Shown: positions 1 to 13,818, counted from the stretch's first letter. The stretch is DNA of 64,000 nucleotides from the human T2T-CHM13v2.0 reference genome, Homo sapiens (GCA_009914755.4 CP068257.2:640001-704000); one strand, 5' to 3'. A program made the numbers and translations. Notes: generated by a model from the sequence alone, not told the origin.

Positions 1-68
1 TGACATATCTCTGCACTAATCATCCAAGTGATGTAACCCTTGTCTAGGATCTGCCTAAATTAACTTTG

Positions 69-136
69 TGACATAACCCTGTACTGATCATCCAGGTGAT
101 GGGGCTTTTGTCTAGGCTCTGCCTAAGGGGGCATTG
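69..136. repeat. Representative 68-bp monomer (monomer 2 of HOR copy 1).
   Basis: tgacataaccctgtactgatcatccaggtgatggggcttttgtctaggctctgcctaagggggcattg. It is flanked by the next tgacat... monomer starts at positions 1 and 137. Confidence 0.9.
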
Positions 137-884
137 TGACATATTTCTGCATTGATCACCCAGGTGGCGAACTCTTCTCTTGGATCTGCCTATGGGGGCA
201 TTGTGACAAATCTCTGCACTGATCACCCAGGTGATGTAACTGTTGTGTAACCTCTGCCTACAGGGGAATTGTGAGAGATCTCGCCACTGATCACCCAAGT
301 GATGGAACCATTGTCTAGGCTTTGCGTACAGGGGGCTTTGTGACATACCTTTGCACTGATCACCCAGGTGATGTAACACATCTAAGTTCGGCCTAAAGGA
401 GCTTTGTGACATATCTCTGCACTGATCACTTAGGTGATGGAACACTTTTATGAGCACTGCCTACAGGGAATTTTGACAAATCTCTGCACTGATCACCTAG
501 GTGATGTAACGCTTGTCTACCCTCTGTCCAACGGGGCATTGTGAAATATCTCTGCACTGATCACCCAGGTCATTCAACTCTTGACTAGGATCTGCCTACA
601 GAGGTTATTGTGAAATATCTCTGCACTGATAAACTAGGTGGTGTAATCCTTATCGAAGCTCTGCCTACAGGGGCGTTTTCACATATCCCTGAAGTGATGA
701 CTAAGGTGATGTAACCCTTGCCTAGGCTTTGCCTACAGGGGACATAGGACATATATCTGCACTGATCACCCAGGTGATGCGACTCTAGCCTAGGCTTTGC
801 CTACAGGTTACATTGTGACATATCGCTTCAATGATCACCCATGTGATGCAACTCTTGCCTAGGCTTTGCCTACAGGGGACATTG

Positions 885-1156
885 TGACATATCTCTGCAC
901 TGATTTCCCAGGTGCTGTAACATTATTCTAGACTCTGGCTACACGGCATTGTGAGATATCACTGCACTGATCAGCCAGGTGATATAACACTTGTCTAGGC
1001 CCTGCCTACAGGGGGCTTGTGACATATCTCTGCACTGATCACCCAGGTGATATAACTCTTCTCTAGGATCTGCCTACAGGGTGCATTGCGACATATCCCT
1101 GCAATGATCACCCAGGTGATCTAACTCTTGTTTAAGCTCTGCCTAAAGGGGCATTG
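885..1156. repeat. Intra-HOR paralogous block A: 4 monomers, shown here in copy 1.
   Basis: The monomers are tgacatatctctgcactgatttcccaggtgctgtaacattattctagactctggctacacggcattg, ...tgagatatcactgcactgatcagccaggtgatataacac, ...gatataactcttctctaggatctgcctacagggtgc and ...ccctgcaatgatcacccaggtgatctaactc. Each is about 85-91% identical to the monomer 613 bp downstream. Confidence 0.8.
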
Positions 1157-1497
1157 TGACAGACCTCTGCACTGATCACTCAGGTGATGTAACTATTGTC
1201 TAGGCTCTGCTTAAAGGGGCCTTGTCACATACCTCTGCACTGATCACCCAGGTGATGTAACTCTTGTCTAGCCTCTGCTTTCACGGCATATTGTGACATA
1301 TCCATGCGCTGATCACCTTAGTGATGTAACACTTGTGTAGGCTCGGCCTACAGGGGAATATTGACATATCTCTGCACTGTTAACCGAGGTGATTTAACTC
1401 TTGTCTAGGCTGTGCCCACAGGGGGATTGAGACATGTCTCTGCACTGATCCCGAGGTGATCCAACTGTTGCCTGGTCTCTGCCTCCTGGGGACATTG

Positions 1498-1769
1498 TGA
1501 CATATCTCTGCACTGATCTCCCAGGTGCTGTAACTTTAGTCTAGGCTCTGGCTACACGGCATTGTGACATATCACTGCACTGATCACCCAGGTGATATAA
1601 AACTTGTCTAGGCTCTGCCTACAATGGCCTTGTGACATATCTCTGCAGTGATCACCCAGGTGATATAACTCTTCTCTAGGATCTGACCACAGGGTGCTTT
1701 GTGGCATTTCCCTGCAATGATCACCCAGGTGATATACCACTTGCCAAGGCTCTGCCTACAGTGGCATTG
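1498..1769. repeat. Intra-HOR paralogous block B: 4 monomers, 613 bp (9 monomers) downstream of block A.
   Basis: tgacatatctctgcactgatctcccaggtgctgtaactttagtctaggctctggctacacggcattg, ...gatataaaacttg, ...gatataactcttctctaggatctgaccacagggtgc and ...ccctgcaatgatcacccaggtgatataccac align monomer by monomer with block A. Confidence 0.8.
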
Positions 1770-1974
1770 CAATGTATCTCTGCACTGATCATCTCGGTCT
1801 TGTAACTCTTTTCTAGGATCTGCCAACAGGGTGCCTTTTGACGTATCCCAGCAAGGATTACCCAGGTGATGTACCTCTCATCAAGGCTCTGCCTACAGGC
1901 ACATTGCGATGTATCTCTGCACTGATCACCTAGGTCATGTAACTTTTGTCTAGGCTCTGCCTACGATGGCATTG

Positions 1975-3948
1975 TGACATATCTCTGCACTAATCATCCA
2001 AGTGATGTAACCCTTGTCTAGGATCTGCCTAAATTAACTTTGTGACATATCCCTGTACTGATCATCCAGGTGATGGGGCTTTTGTCTAGGCTCTGCCTAA
2101 GGGGGCATTGTGACATATTTCTGCATTGATCACCCAGGTGGCGAACTATTCTCTTGGATCTGCCTATGGGGGCATTGTGACAAATTTCTGCACTGATCAC
2201 CCAGGTGATGTAACTGTTGTGTAACCTCTGCCTACAGGGGAATTGTGAGAGATCTCGCCACTGATCACCCAAGTGATGTAACCATTGTCTAGGGTTTGCG
2301 TACAGGGTGCTTTGTGACATACCTTTGCACTGATCACCCAGGTGATGTAACACATCTAAGTTCGGCCTAAAGGAGCTTTGTGACATATCTCTGCACTGAT
2401 CACTTAAGTGATGGAACACTTTTATAAGCACTGCCTACAGGGAATTTTGACAAATCTCTGCACTGATCACCTAGGTGATGTAACGCTTGTCTACCCTCTG
2501 TCCAACGGGGCATTGTGAAATATCTCTGCACTGATCACACAGGTCATTCAACTCTTGACTAGGATCTGCCTACAGGGGTTATTGTGAAATATCTCTGCAC
2601 TGATAAACTAGGTGGTGTAATCCTTATCGAAGCTCTGCCTACAGGGGCGTCTTCACATATCCCTGAAGTGATGACAAAGGTGATGTAACCCTTGCCTAGG
2701 CTTTGCCTACAGGGGACATAGGACATATATCTGCACTGATCACCCAGGTGATGCAACTCTAGCCTAGGCTTTGCCTACAGGGGACATTGTGACATATCGA
2801 TTCAATGATCACCCATGTGATGCAACTCTTGCCTAGGCTTTGCCTACAGGGGACATTGTGACATATCTCTGCACTGATCTCCCAGGTGCTGTAACATTAG
2901 TCTAGACTCTGGCTACACGGCATTGTGACAAATCACTGCACTGATCAACCAGGTGATATAACTCTTGTCTAGGCCCTGCCTACAGGGGGCTTGTTACATA
3001 TCTCTGCACTGATCACCCAGGTGATATAACTCTTCTCTAGGATCTGCCTACAGGGTGCTTTGCGACATATCCCTGCAATGATCACCCAGGTGATCTAACT
3101 CTTGTTTAAGCTCTGCCTAAAGGGGCATTGTGACAGACCTCTGCACTGATCACTCAGGTGATGTAACTATTGTCTAGGCTCTGCTTAAAGGGGCCTTGTC
3201 ACATACCTCTGCACTGATCACCCAGGTGATGTAACTCTTGTCTAGACTCTGCTTTCACGGCATATTTTGACATATCTATGCGTTGATCACCTTAGTGATG
3301 TAACACTTGTGTAGGCTCGGCCTACAGGGGAATATTGACATATCTCTGCACTGTAAACCGAGGTGATTTAACTCTTGTCTAGGCTGTGCCCACAGGGGGA
3401 TTGAGACATGTCTCTGCACTGATCCCGAGGTGATCCAACTGTTGCCTGGTCTCTGCCTACTGGGGACATTGTGACATATCTCTGCACTGATCTCCCAGGT
3501 GCTGTAACTTTAGTCTAGGCTCTGGCTACACGGCATTGTGACATATCACTGCACTGATCACCCAGGTGATATAAATCTTGTCTAGGCTCTACCTACAATG
3601 GCCTTGTGACATATCTCTGCACTTATCACCCAGGTGATATAACTCTTCTCTAGGATCTGACCACAGGGTGCTTTGTGGCATTTCCCTGCAATGATCACCC
3701 AGGTGATATACCACTTGCCAAGGCTCTGCCTACAGGGGCATTGCAATGTATCTCTGCACTGATCACCTCGGTCTTGTGACTCTTTTCTAGGATCTGCCCA
3801 CAGGGTGCCTTGTGACGTATCCCAGCAAGGATTACCCAGGTGATGTACCTCTCATCAAGGCTCTGCTTACAGGCACATTGCGATGTATCTCTGTACTGAT
3901 CACCTAGGTCATGTAACTTTTGTCTAGGCTCTGCCTACGATGGCATTG
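1975..3948. repeat. HOR copy 2: canonical, 1974 bp.
   Basis: Anchor spacing is 1974. The variants cgaactattctc and gtgacaaatcactgcactg are shared with copies 5 and 8. Confidence 0.9.
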
Positions 3949-5922
3949 TGACATATCTCTGCACTAATCATCCAAGTGATGTAACCCTTGTCTAGGATCT
4001 GCCTAAATTAACTTTGTGACATAACCCTGTACTGATCATCCAGGTGATGGGGCTTTTGTCTAGGCTCTGCCTAAGGGGGCATTGTGACATATTTCTGCAT
4101 TGATCACCCCGGTGGCGAACTCTTCTCTTCGATCTGCCTATGGGGGCATTGTGACAAATCTCTGCACTCATCACCCAGGTGATGTAACTGTTGTGTAACC
4201 TCTGCCTACAGGGGAATTGTGAGAGATCTCGCCACTGATCACCCAAGTGATGTAACCATTGTCTAGGCTTTGCGTACAGGGGGCTTTGTGACATACCTTT
4301 GCACTGATCACCCAGGTGATGTAACACATCTAAGTTCGGCCTAAAGGAGCTTTGTGACATATCTCTGCACTGATCACTTAGGTGATGGAACACTTTTATG
4401 AGCACTGCCTACAGGGAATTTTGACAAATCTCTGTACTGATCACCTAGGTGATGTAACGCTTGTCTACCCTCTGTCCAACGGGGCATTGTGAAATATCTC
4501 TGCACTGATCACCCAGGTCATTCAACTCTTGACTAGGATCTGCCTACAGAGGTTATTGTGAAATATCTCTGCACTGATAAACTAGGTGGTGTAATCCTTA
4601 TCGAAGCTCTGCCTACAGGGGCGTTTTCACATATCCCTGAAGTGATGACAAAGGTGATGTAACCCTTGCCTAGGCTTTGCCTACAGGGGACATAGGACAT
4701 ATATCTGCACTGATCACCCAGGTGATGCGACTCTAGCCTAGGCTTTGCCTACAGGTTACATTGTGACATATCGCTTCAATGATCACCCATGTGATGCAAC
4801 TCTTGCCTAGGCTTTGCCTACAGGGGACATTGTGACATATCTCTGCACTGATTTCCCAGGTGCTGTAACATTATTCTAGACTCTGGCTACACGGCATTGT
4901 GAGATATCACTGCACTGATCAACCAGGTGATATAACACTTGTCTAGGCCCTGCCTACAGGGGGCTTGTGACATATCTCTGCACTGATCACCCAGGTGATA
5001 TAACTCTTCTCTAGGATCTGCCTACAGGGTGCATTGCGACATATCCCTGCAATGATCACCCAGGTGATCTAACTCTTGTTTAAGCTCTGCCTAAAGGGGC
5101 ATTGTGACAGACCTCTGCACTGATCACTCAGGTGATGTAACTATTGTCTAGGCTCTGCTTAAAGGGGCCTTGTCACATACCTCTGCACTGATCACCCAGG
5201 TGATGTAACTCTTGTCTAGCCTCTGCTTTCACGGCATATTGTGACATATCCATGCGCTGATCACCTTAGTGATGTAACACTTGTGTAGGCTCGGCCTACA
5301 GGGGAATATTGACATATCTCTGCACTGTTAAACGAGGTGATTTAACTCTTGTCTAGGCTGTGCCCACAGGGGGATTGAGACATGTCTCTGCACTGATCCC
5401 GAGGTGATCCAACTGTTGCCTGGTCTCTGCCTCCTGGGGACATTGTGACATATCTCTGCACTGATCTCCCAGGTGCTGTAACTTTAGTCTAGGCTCTGGC
5501 TACACGGCATTGTGACATATCACTGCACTGATCACCCAGGTGATATAAATCTTGTCTAGGCTCTGCCTACAATGGCCTTGTGACATATCTCTGCAGTGAT
5601 CACCCAGGTGATATAACTCTTCTCTAGGATCTGACCACAGGGTGCTTTGTGGCATTTCCCTGCAATGATCACCCAGGTGATATACCACTTGCCAAGGCTC
5701 TGCCTACAGGGGCATTGCAATGTATCTCTGCACTGATCATCTCGGTCTTGTAACTCTTTTCTAGGATCTGCCCACAGGGTGCCTTGTGACGTATCCCAGC
5801 AAGGATTACCCAGGTGATGTACCTCTCATCAAGGCTCTGCCTACAGGCACATTGCGATGTATCTCTGCACTGATCACCTAGGTCATGTAACTTTTGTCTA
5901 GGCTCTGCCTACGATGGCATTG
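3949..5922. repeat. HOR copy 3: canonical, 1974 bp.
   Basis: Anchor spacing is 1974. Private variants are caccccggtgg and cttcgatc. Confidence 0.9.
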
Positions 5923-7896
5923 TGACATATCTCTGCACTAATCATCCAAGTGATGTAACACTTGTCTAGGATCTGCCTAAATTAACTTTGTGACATAACC
6001 CTGTACTGATCATCCAGGTGATGGGGCTTTTGTCTAGGCTCTGCCTAAGGGGGCATTGTGACATATTTCTGCATTGATCACCCAGGTGGCGAACTCTTCT
6101 CTTCGATCTGCCTATGGGGGCATTGTGGCAAATCTCTGCACTGATCACCCAGGTGATGTAACTGTTGTGTAACCTCTGCCTACAGGGGAATTGTGAGAGA
6201 TCTCGCCACTGATCACCCAAGTGATGTAACCATTGTCTAGGCTTTGCGTACAGGGTGCTTTGTGACATACCTTTGCACTGATCACCCAGGTGATGTAACA
6301 CATCTAAGTTCGGCCTAAAGGAGCTTTGTGACATATCTCTGCACTGATCACTTAGGTGATGGAACACTTTTATGAGCACTGCCTACAGGGAATTTTGACA
6401 AATCTCTGCACTGATCACCTAGGTGATGTAACGCTTGTCTACCCTCTGTCCAACGGGGCATTGTGAAATATCTCTGCACTGATCACCCAGGTCATTCAAC
6501 TCTTGACTAGGATCTGCCTACAGAGGTTATTGTGAAATATCTCTGCACTGATAAACTAGGTGGTGTAATCCTTATCGAAGCTCTGCCTACAGGGGCGTTT
6601 TCACATATCCCTGAAGTGATGACAAAGGTGATGTAACCCTTGCCTAGGCTTTGCCTACAGGGGACATAGGACATATATCTGCACTGATCACCCAGGTGAT
6701 GCGACTCTAGCCTAGGCTTTGCCTACAGGTTACATTGTGACATATCGCTTCAATGATCACCCATGTGATGCAACTCTTGCCTAGGCTTTGCCTACAGGGG
6801 ACATTGTGACATATCTCTGCACTGATTTCCCAGGTGCTGTAACATTATTCTAGACTCTGGCTACACGGCATTGTGAGATATCACTGCACTGATCAGCCAG
6901 GTGATATAACACTTGTCTAGGCCCTGCCTACAGGGGGCTTGTGACATATCTCTGCACTGATCACCCAGGTGATATAACTCTTCTCTAGGATCTGCCTACA
7001 GGGTGCATTGCGACATATCCCTGCAATGATCACCCAGGTGATCTAACTCTTGTTTAAGCTCTGCCTAAAGGGGCATTGTGACAGACCTCTGCACTGATCA
7101 CTCAGGTGATGTAACTATTGTCTAGGCTCTGCTTAAAGGGGCCTTGTCACATACCTCTGCACTGATCACCCAGGTGATGTAACTCTTGTCTAGCCTCTGC
7201 TTTCACGGCATATTGTGACATATCCATGCGCTGATCACCTTAGTGATGTAACACTTGTGTAGGCTCGGCCTACAGGGGAATATTGACATATCTCTGCACT
7301 GTTAACCGAGGTGATTTAACTCTTGTCTAGGCTGTGCCCACAGGGGGATTGAGACATGTCTCTGCACTGATCCCGAGGTGATCCAACTGTTGCCTGGTCT
7401 CTGCCTCCTGGGGACATTGTGACATATCTCTGCACTGATCTCCCAGGTGCTGTAACTTTAGTCTAGGCTCTGGCTACACGGCATTGTGACATATCACTGC
7501 ACTGATCACCCAGGTGATATAAAACTTGTCTAGGCTCTGCCTACAATGGCCTTGTGACATATCTCTGCAGTGATCACCCAGGTGATATAACTCTTCTCTA
7601 GGATCTGACCACAGGGTGCTTTGTGGCATTTCCCTGCAATGATCACCCAGGTGATATACCACTTGCCAAGGCTCTGCCTACAGTGGCATTGCAATGTATC
7701 TCTGCACTGATCATCTCGGTCTTGTAACTCTTTTCTAGGATCTGCCCACAGGGTGCCTTTTGACGTATCCCAGCAAGGATTACCCAGGTGATGTACCTCT
7801 CATCAAGGCTCTGCCTACAGGCACATTGCGATGTATCTCTGCACTGATCACCTAGGTCATGTAACTTTTGTCTAGGCTCTGCCTACGATGGCATTG
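5923..7896. repeat. HOR copy 4: canonical, 1974 bp.
   Basis: Anchor spacing is 1974. It is near-identical to copy 1 in the region equivalent to 925-1000 and 1740-1850 of copy 1. Confidence 0.9.
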
Positions 7897-9870
7897 TGAC
7901 ATATCTCTGCACTAATCATCCAAGTGATGTAACCCTTGTCTAGGATCTGCCTAAATTAACTTTGTGACATATCCCTGTACTGATCATCCAGGTGATGGGG
8001 CTTTTGTCTAGGCTCTGCCTAAGGGGGCATTGTGACATATTTCTGCATTGATCACCCAGGTGGCGAACTATTCTCTTGGATCTGCCTATGGGGGCATTGT
8101 GACAAATTTCTGCACTGATCACCCAGGTGATGTAACTGTTGTGTAACCTCTGCCTACAGGGGAATTGTGAGAGATCTCGCCACTGATCACCCAAGTGATG
8201 TAACCATTGTCTAGGGTTTGCGTACAGGGTGCTTTGTGACATACCTTTGCACTGATCACCCAGGTGATGTAACACATCTAAGTTCGGCCTAAAGGAGCTT
8301 TGTGACATATCTCTGCACTGATCACTTAAGTGATGGAACACTTTTATAAGCACTGCCTACAGGGAATTTTGACAAATCTCTGCACTGATCACCTAGGTGA
8401 TGTAACGCTTGTCTACCCTCTGTCCAACGGGGCATTGTGAAATATCTCTGCACTGATCACACAGGTCATTCAACTCTTGACTAGGATCTGCCTACAGGGG
8501 TTATTGTGAAATATCTCTGCACTGATAAACTAGGTGGTGTAATCCTTATCGAAGCTCTGCCTACAGGGGCGTCTTCACATATCCCTGAAGTGATGACAAA
8601 GGTGATGTAACCCTTGCCTAGGCTTTGCCTACAGGGGACATAGGACATATATCTGCACTGATCACGCAGGTGATGCAACTCTAGCCTAGGCTTTGCCTAC
8701 AGGGGACATTGTGACATATCGATTCAATGATCACCCATGTGATGCAACTCTTGCCTAGGCTTTGCCTACAGGGGACATTGTGACATATCTCTGCACTGAT
8801 CTCCCAGGTGCTGTAACATTAGTCTAGACTCTGGCTACACGGCATTGTGACAAATCACTGCACTGATCAACCAGGTGATATAACTCTTGTCTAGGCCCTG
8901 CCTACAGGGGGCTTGTGACATATCTCTGCACTGATCACCCTGGTGATATAACTCTTCTCTAGGATCTGCCTACAGGGTGCTTTGCGACATATCCCTGCAA
9001 TGATCACCCAGGTGATCTAACTCTTGTTTTAGCTCTGCATAAAGGGGCATTGTGACAGACCTCTGCACTGATCACTCAGGTGATGTAACTATTGTCTAGG
9101 CTCGGCTTAAAGGGGCCTTGTCACATACCTCTGCACTGATCACCCAGGTGATGTAACTCTTGTGTAGACTCTGCTTTCACGGCATATTTTGACATATCTA
9201 TGCGTTGATCACCTTAGTGAGGTAACACTTGTGTAGGCTCGGCCTACAGGGGAATATTGACATATCTCTGCACTGTTAACCGAGGTGATTTAACTCTTGT
9301 CTAGGCTGTGCCCACAGGGGGATTGAGACATGTCTCTGCACTGATCCCGAGGTGATCCAACTGTTGCCTGGTCTCTGCCTACTGGGGACATTGTGACATA
9401 TCTCTGCACTGATCTCCCAGGTGCTGTAACTTTAGTCTAGGCTCTGGCTACACGGCATTGTGACATATCACTGCACTGATCACCCAGGTGATATAAATCT
9501 TGTCTAGGCTCTACCTACAATGGCCTTGTGACATATCTCTGCACTGATCACCCAGGTGATATAACTCTTCTCTAGGATCTGACCACAGGGTGCATTGTGG
9601 CATTTCCCTGCAATGATCACCCAGGTGATATACCACTTGCCAAGGCTCTGCCTACAGGGGCATTGCAATGTATCTCTGCACTGATCACCTCGGTCTTGTG
9701 ACTCTTTTCCAGGATCTGCCCACAGGGTGCCTTGTGACGTATCCCAGCAAGGATTACCCAGGTGATGTACCTCTCATCAAGGCTCTGCCTACAGGCACAT
9801 TGCGATGTATCTCTGCACTGATCACCTAGGTCATGTAACTTTTGTCTAGGCTCTGCCTACGATGGCATTG
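7897..9870. repeat. HOR copy 5: canonical, 1974 bp.
   Basis: Anchor spacing is 1974. It shares the copy-2 variants actattctc, gtgacaaatcac and gtcttgtgactc. Confidence 0.9.
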
Positions 9871-11844
9871 TGACATATCTCTGCACTAATCATCCAAGTG
9901 ATGTAACCCTTGTCTAGGATCTGCCTAAATTAACTTTGTGACATAACCCTGTACTGATCATCCAGGTGATGGGGCTTTTGTCTAGGCTCTCCCTAAGGGG
10001 GCATTGTGACATATTTCTGCATTGATCACCCAGGTGGCGAACTCTTCTCTTGGATCTGTCTATGGGGGCATTGTGACAAATCTCTGCACTGATCACCCAG
10101 GTGATGTAACTGTTGTGTAACCTCTGCCTACAGGGGAATTGTGAGAGATCTCGCCACTGATCACCCAAGTGATGTAACCATTGTCTAGGGTTTGCGTACA
10201 GGGTGCTTTGTGACATACCTTTGCACTGATCACCCAGGTGATGTAACACATCTAAGTTCGGCCTAAAGGAGCTTTGTGACATAAATCTGCACTGATCACT
10301 TAGGTGATGGAACACTTTTATAAGCACTGCCTACAGGGAATTTTGACAAATCTCTGCACTGATCACCTAGGTGATGTAACGCTTGTCTACCCTCTGTCCA
10401 ACGGGGCATTGTGAAATATCTCTGCACTGATCACCCAGGTGATTCAACTCTTGACTAGGATCTGCCTACAGAGGTTATTGTGAAATATCTCTGCACTGAT
10501 AAACTAGGTGGTGTAATCCTTATCGAAGCTCTGCCTACAGGGGCGTTTTCACATATCCCTGAAGTGATGACAAAGGTGATGTAACCCTTGCCTAGGCTTT
10601 GCGTACAGGGGACATAGGACATATATCTGCACTGATCACCCAGGTGATGCAACTCTAGCCTAGGCTTTGCCTACAGGTTACATTGTGACATATCGCTTCA
10701 ATGATAACCCATGTGATGCAACTCTTGCCTAGGCTTTGCCTACAGGGGACATTGTGACATATCTCTGCACTGATTTCCCAGGGGCTGTAACATTAATCTA
10801 GACTCTGGCTACACGGCATTGTGACATATCACTGCACAGATCAACCAGCTGATATAACACTTGTCTAGGCCCTGCCTACAGGGGGCTTGTGACATATCTC
10901 TGCACTGATCACCCAGGTGATATAACTCTTCTCTAGGATCTGCCTACAGGGTGCTTTGCGACATATCCCTGCAATGATCACCCAGGTGATCTAACTCTTG
11001 TTTAAGCTCTGCCTAAAAGGGCATTGTGACAGACCTCTGCACTGATCACTCAGGTGATGTAACTATTGTCTAGGCTCTGCTTAAAGGGGCCTTGTCACAT
11101 ACCTGTGCACTGATCACCCAGGTGATGTAACTCTTGTCTAGCCTCTGCTTTCACGGCATATTGTGACATATCCATGCGCTGATCACCTTAGTGATGTAAC
11201 ACTTGTGTAGGCTCGGCCTATAGGGGAATATTGACATATCTCTGCACTGTTAACCGAGGTGATTTAACTCTTGTCTATGCTGTGCCCACAGGGGGATTGA
11301 GACATGTCTCTGCACTGATCCCGACGTGATCCAACTGTTGCCTGGTCTCTGCCTACTGGGGACATTGTGACATATCTCTGCACTGATCTCCCAGGTGCTG
11401 TAACTTTAGTCTAGGCTCTGGCTACACGGCATTGTGACATATCACTGCACTGATCACCCAGGTGATATAAATGTTGTCTAGGCTCTGCCTACAATGGCCT
11501 TGTGACATATCTCTGCACTGATCACCCAGGTGATATAACTCTTCTCTAGGATCTGACCACAGGGTGCTTTGTGGCATTTCCCTGCAATGATCACCCAGGT
11601 GATATACCACTTGCCAAGGCTCTGCCTACAGGGGCATTGCAATGTATCTCTGCACTGATCACCTCGGTCTTGTGACTCTTTTCTAGGATCTGCCCACAGG
11701 GTGCCTTGTGACGTATCCCAGCAAGGATTACCCAGGTGATGTACCTCTCATCAAGGCTCTGCCTACAGGCACATTGCGATGTATCTCTGCACTGATCACC
11801 TAGGTCATGTAAATTTTGTCTAGGCTCTGCCTACGATGGCATTG
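9871..11844. repeat. HOR copy 6: canonical, 1974 bp.
   Basis: Anchor spacing is 1974. The variant cacagatcaaccagctgat is shared with copy 9. Confidence 0.9.
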
Positions 11845-13818
11845 TGACATATCTCTGCACTAATCATCCAAGTGATGTAACCCTTGTCTAGGATCTGCCT
11901 AAATTAACTTTGTGACATAACCCTGTTCTGATCATCCAGGTGATGGGGCTTTTGTCTAGGCTCTCCCTAAGGGGGCATTGTGACATATTTCTGCATTGAT
12001 CACACAGGTGGCGAACTCTTCTCTTGGATCTGCCTATGGGGGCATTGTGACAAATCTCTGCACTGATCACCCAGGTGATGTAACTGTTGTGTAACCTCTG
12101 CCTACAGGGGAATTGTGAGAGATCTCGCCACTGATCACCCAAGTGATGTAACCATTGTCTAGGGTTTGCGTACAGGGTGCTTTGTGACATACCTTTGCAC
12201 TGATCACCCAGGTGATGTAACACATCTAAGTTCGACCTAAAGGAGCTTTGTGACATATCTCTGCACTGATCACTTAGGTGATGGAACACTTTTATAAGCA
12301 CTGCCTACAGGGAATTTTGACAAATCTCTGCACTGATCACCTAGGTGATGTAACGCTTGTCTACCCTCTGTCCAACGGGGTATTGTGAAATATCTCTGCA
12401 CTGATCACCCAGGTGATTCAACTCTTGACTAGGATCTGCCTACAGAGGTTATTGTGAAATATCTCTGCACTGATAAACTAGGTTGTGTAATCCTTATCGA
12501 AGCTCTGCCTACAGGGGCGTTTTCACATATCCCTGAAGTGATGACAAAGGTGATGTAACACTTGCCTAGGCTTTGCCTACAGGGGACATAGGACATATAT
12601 CTGCACTGATCACCCAGGTGATGCAACTCTAGCCTAGGCTTTGCCTATAGGTTACATTGTGACATATCGCTTCAATGATCACCCATGTGATGCAACTCTT
12701 GCCTAGGCTTTGCCTACAGGGGACATTGTGACATATCTCTGCACTGATCTCCCAGGGGCTGTAACATTAATCTAGACTCTGGCTACACGGCATTGTGACA
12801 TATCACTGCACAGATCAACCAGGTGATACAACCCTTGTCTAGGCCCTGCCTACAGGGGGCTTGTGACATATCTCTGCACTGATCACCCAGGTGATATAAC
12901 TCTTCTCTAGGATCTGCCTACAGGGTGCTTTGCGACATATCCCTGCAATGATCACCCAGGTGATCTAACTCTTGTTTAAGCTCTGCCTAAAGGGGCATTG
13001 TGACAGACCTCTGCACTGATCACTCAGGTGATGTAACTATTGTCTAGGCTCTGCTTAAAGGGGCCTTGTCACATACCTCTGCACTGATCACCCAGGTGAT
13101 GTAACTCTTGTCTAGACTCTGCTTTCACGGCATATTTTGACATATCTATGCGTTGATCACCTTAGTGATGTAACACTTGTGTAGGCTCGGCCTACAGGGG
13201 AATATTGACATATCTCTGCACTGTTAACCGAGGTGATTTAACTCTTGTCTAGGCTGTGCCCACAGGGGGATTTAGACATGTCTCTGCACTGATCCCGAGG
13301 TGATCCAACTGTTGCCTGGTCTCTGCCTACTGGGGACATTGTGACATATCTCTGCACTGATCTCCCAGGTGCTGTAACTTTAGTCTAGGCTCTGGCTACA
13401 CGGCATTGTGACATATCACTGCACTGATCACCCAGGTGATATAAATCTTGTCTAGGCTCTACCTACAATGGCCTTGTGACATATCTCTGCACTTATCACC
13501 CAGGTGATATAACTCTTCTCTAGGATCTGACCACAGGGTGCTTTGTGGCATTTCCCTGCAATGATCACCCAGGTGATATACCACTTGCCAAGGCTCTGCC
13601 TACAGGGGCATTGCAATGTATCTCTGCACTGATCACCTCGGTCTTGTGACTCTTTTCTAGGATCTGCCCACAGGGTGCCTTGTGACGTATCCCAGCAAGG
13701 ATTACCCAGGTGATGTACCTCTCATCAAGGCTCTGCCTACAGGCACATTGCGATGTATCTCTGTACTGATCACCTAGGTCATGTAACTTTTGTCTAGGCT
13801 CTGCCTACGATGGCATTG
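11845..13818. repeat. HOR copy 7: canonical, 1974 bp.
   Basis: Anchor spacing is 1974. Several variants are shared with copy 10, such as the one behind the LCDQ artifact-peptide variant. Confidence 0.9.

Larger units (their letters stand above)
1..1974. repeat. HOR copy 1: canonical 29-monomer unit, 1974 bp.
   Basis: The unit start is defined at the distinctive monomer tgacatatctctgcactaatcatccaagtgatg...gcctaaattaactttg, which recurs at 1975. This copy shares the private variants cagtggcattgc and ccttttgacg with copy 4. Confidence 0.9.

Noticed and set aside
1036-1051. Calling the CAGGTG E-boxes or dyads functional regulatory sites.
   Set aside because: They are conserved across monomers, but that can be explained by recent array homogenisation. 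There is no sequence-only evidence of function, so I kept this as a low-interest hypothesis and did not annotate it as a feature.
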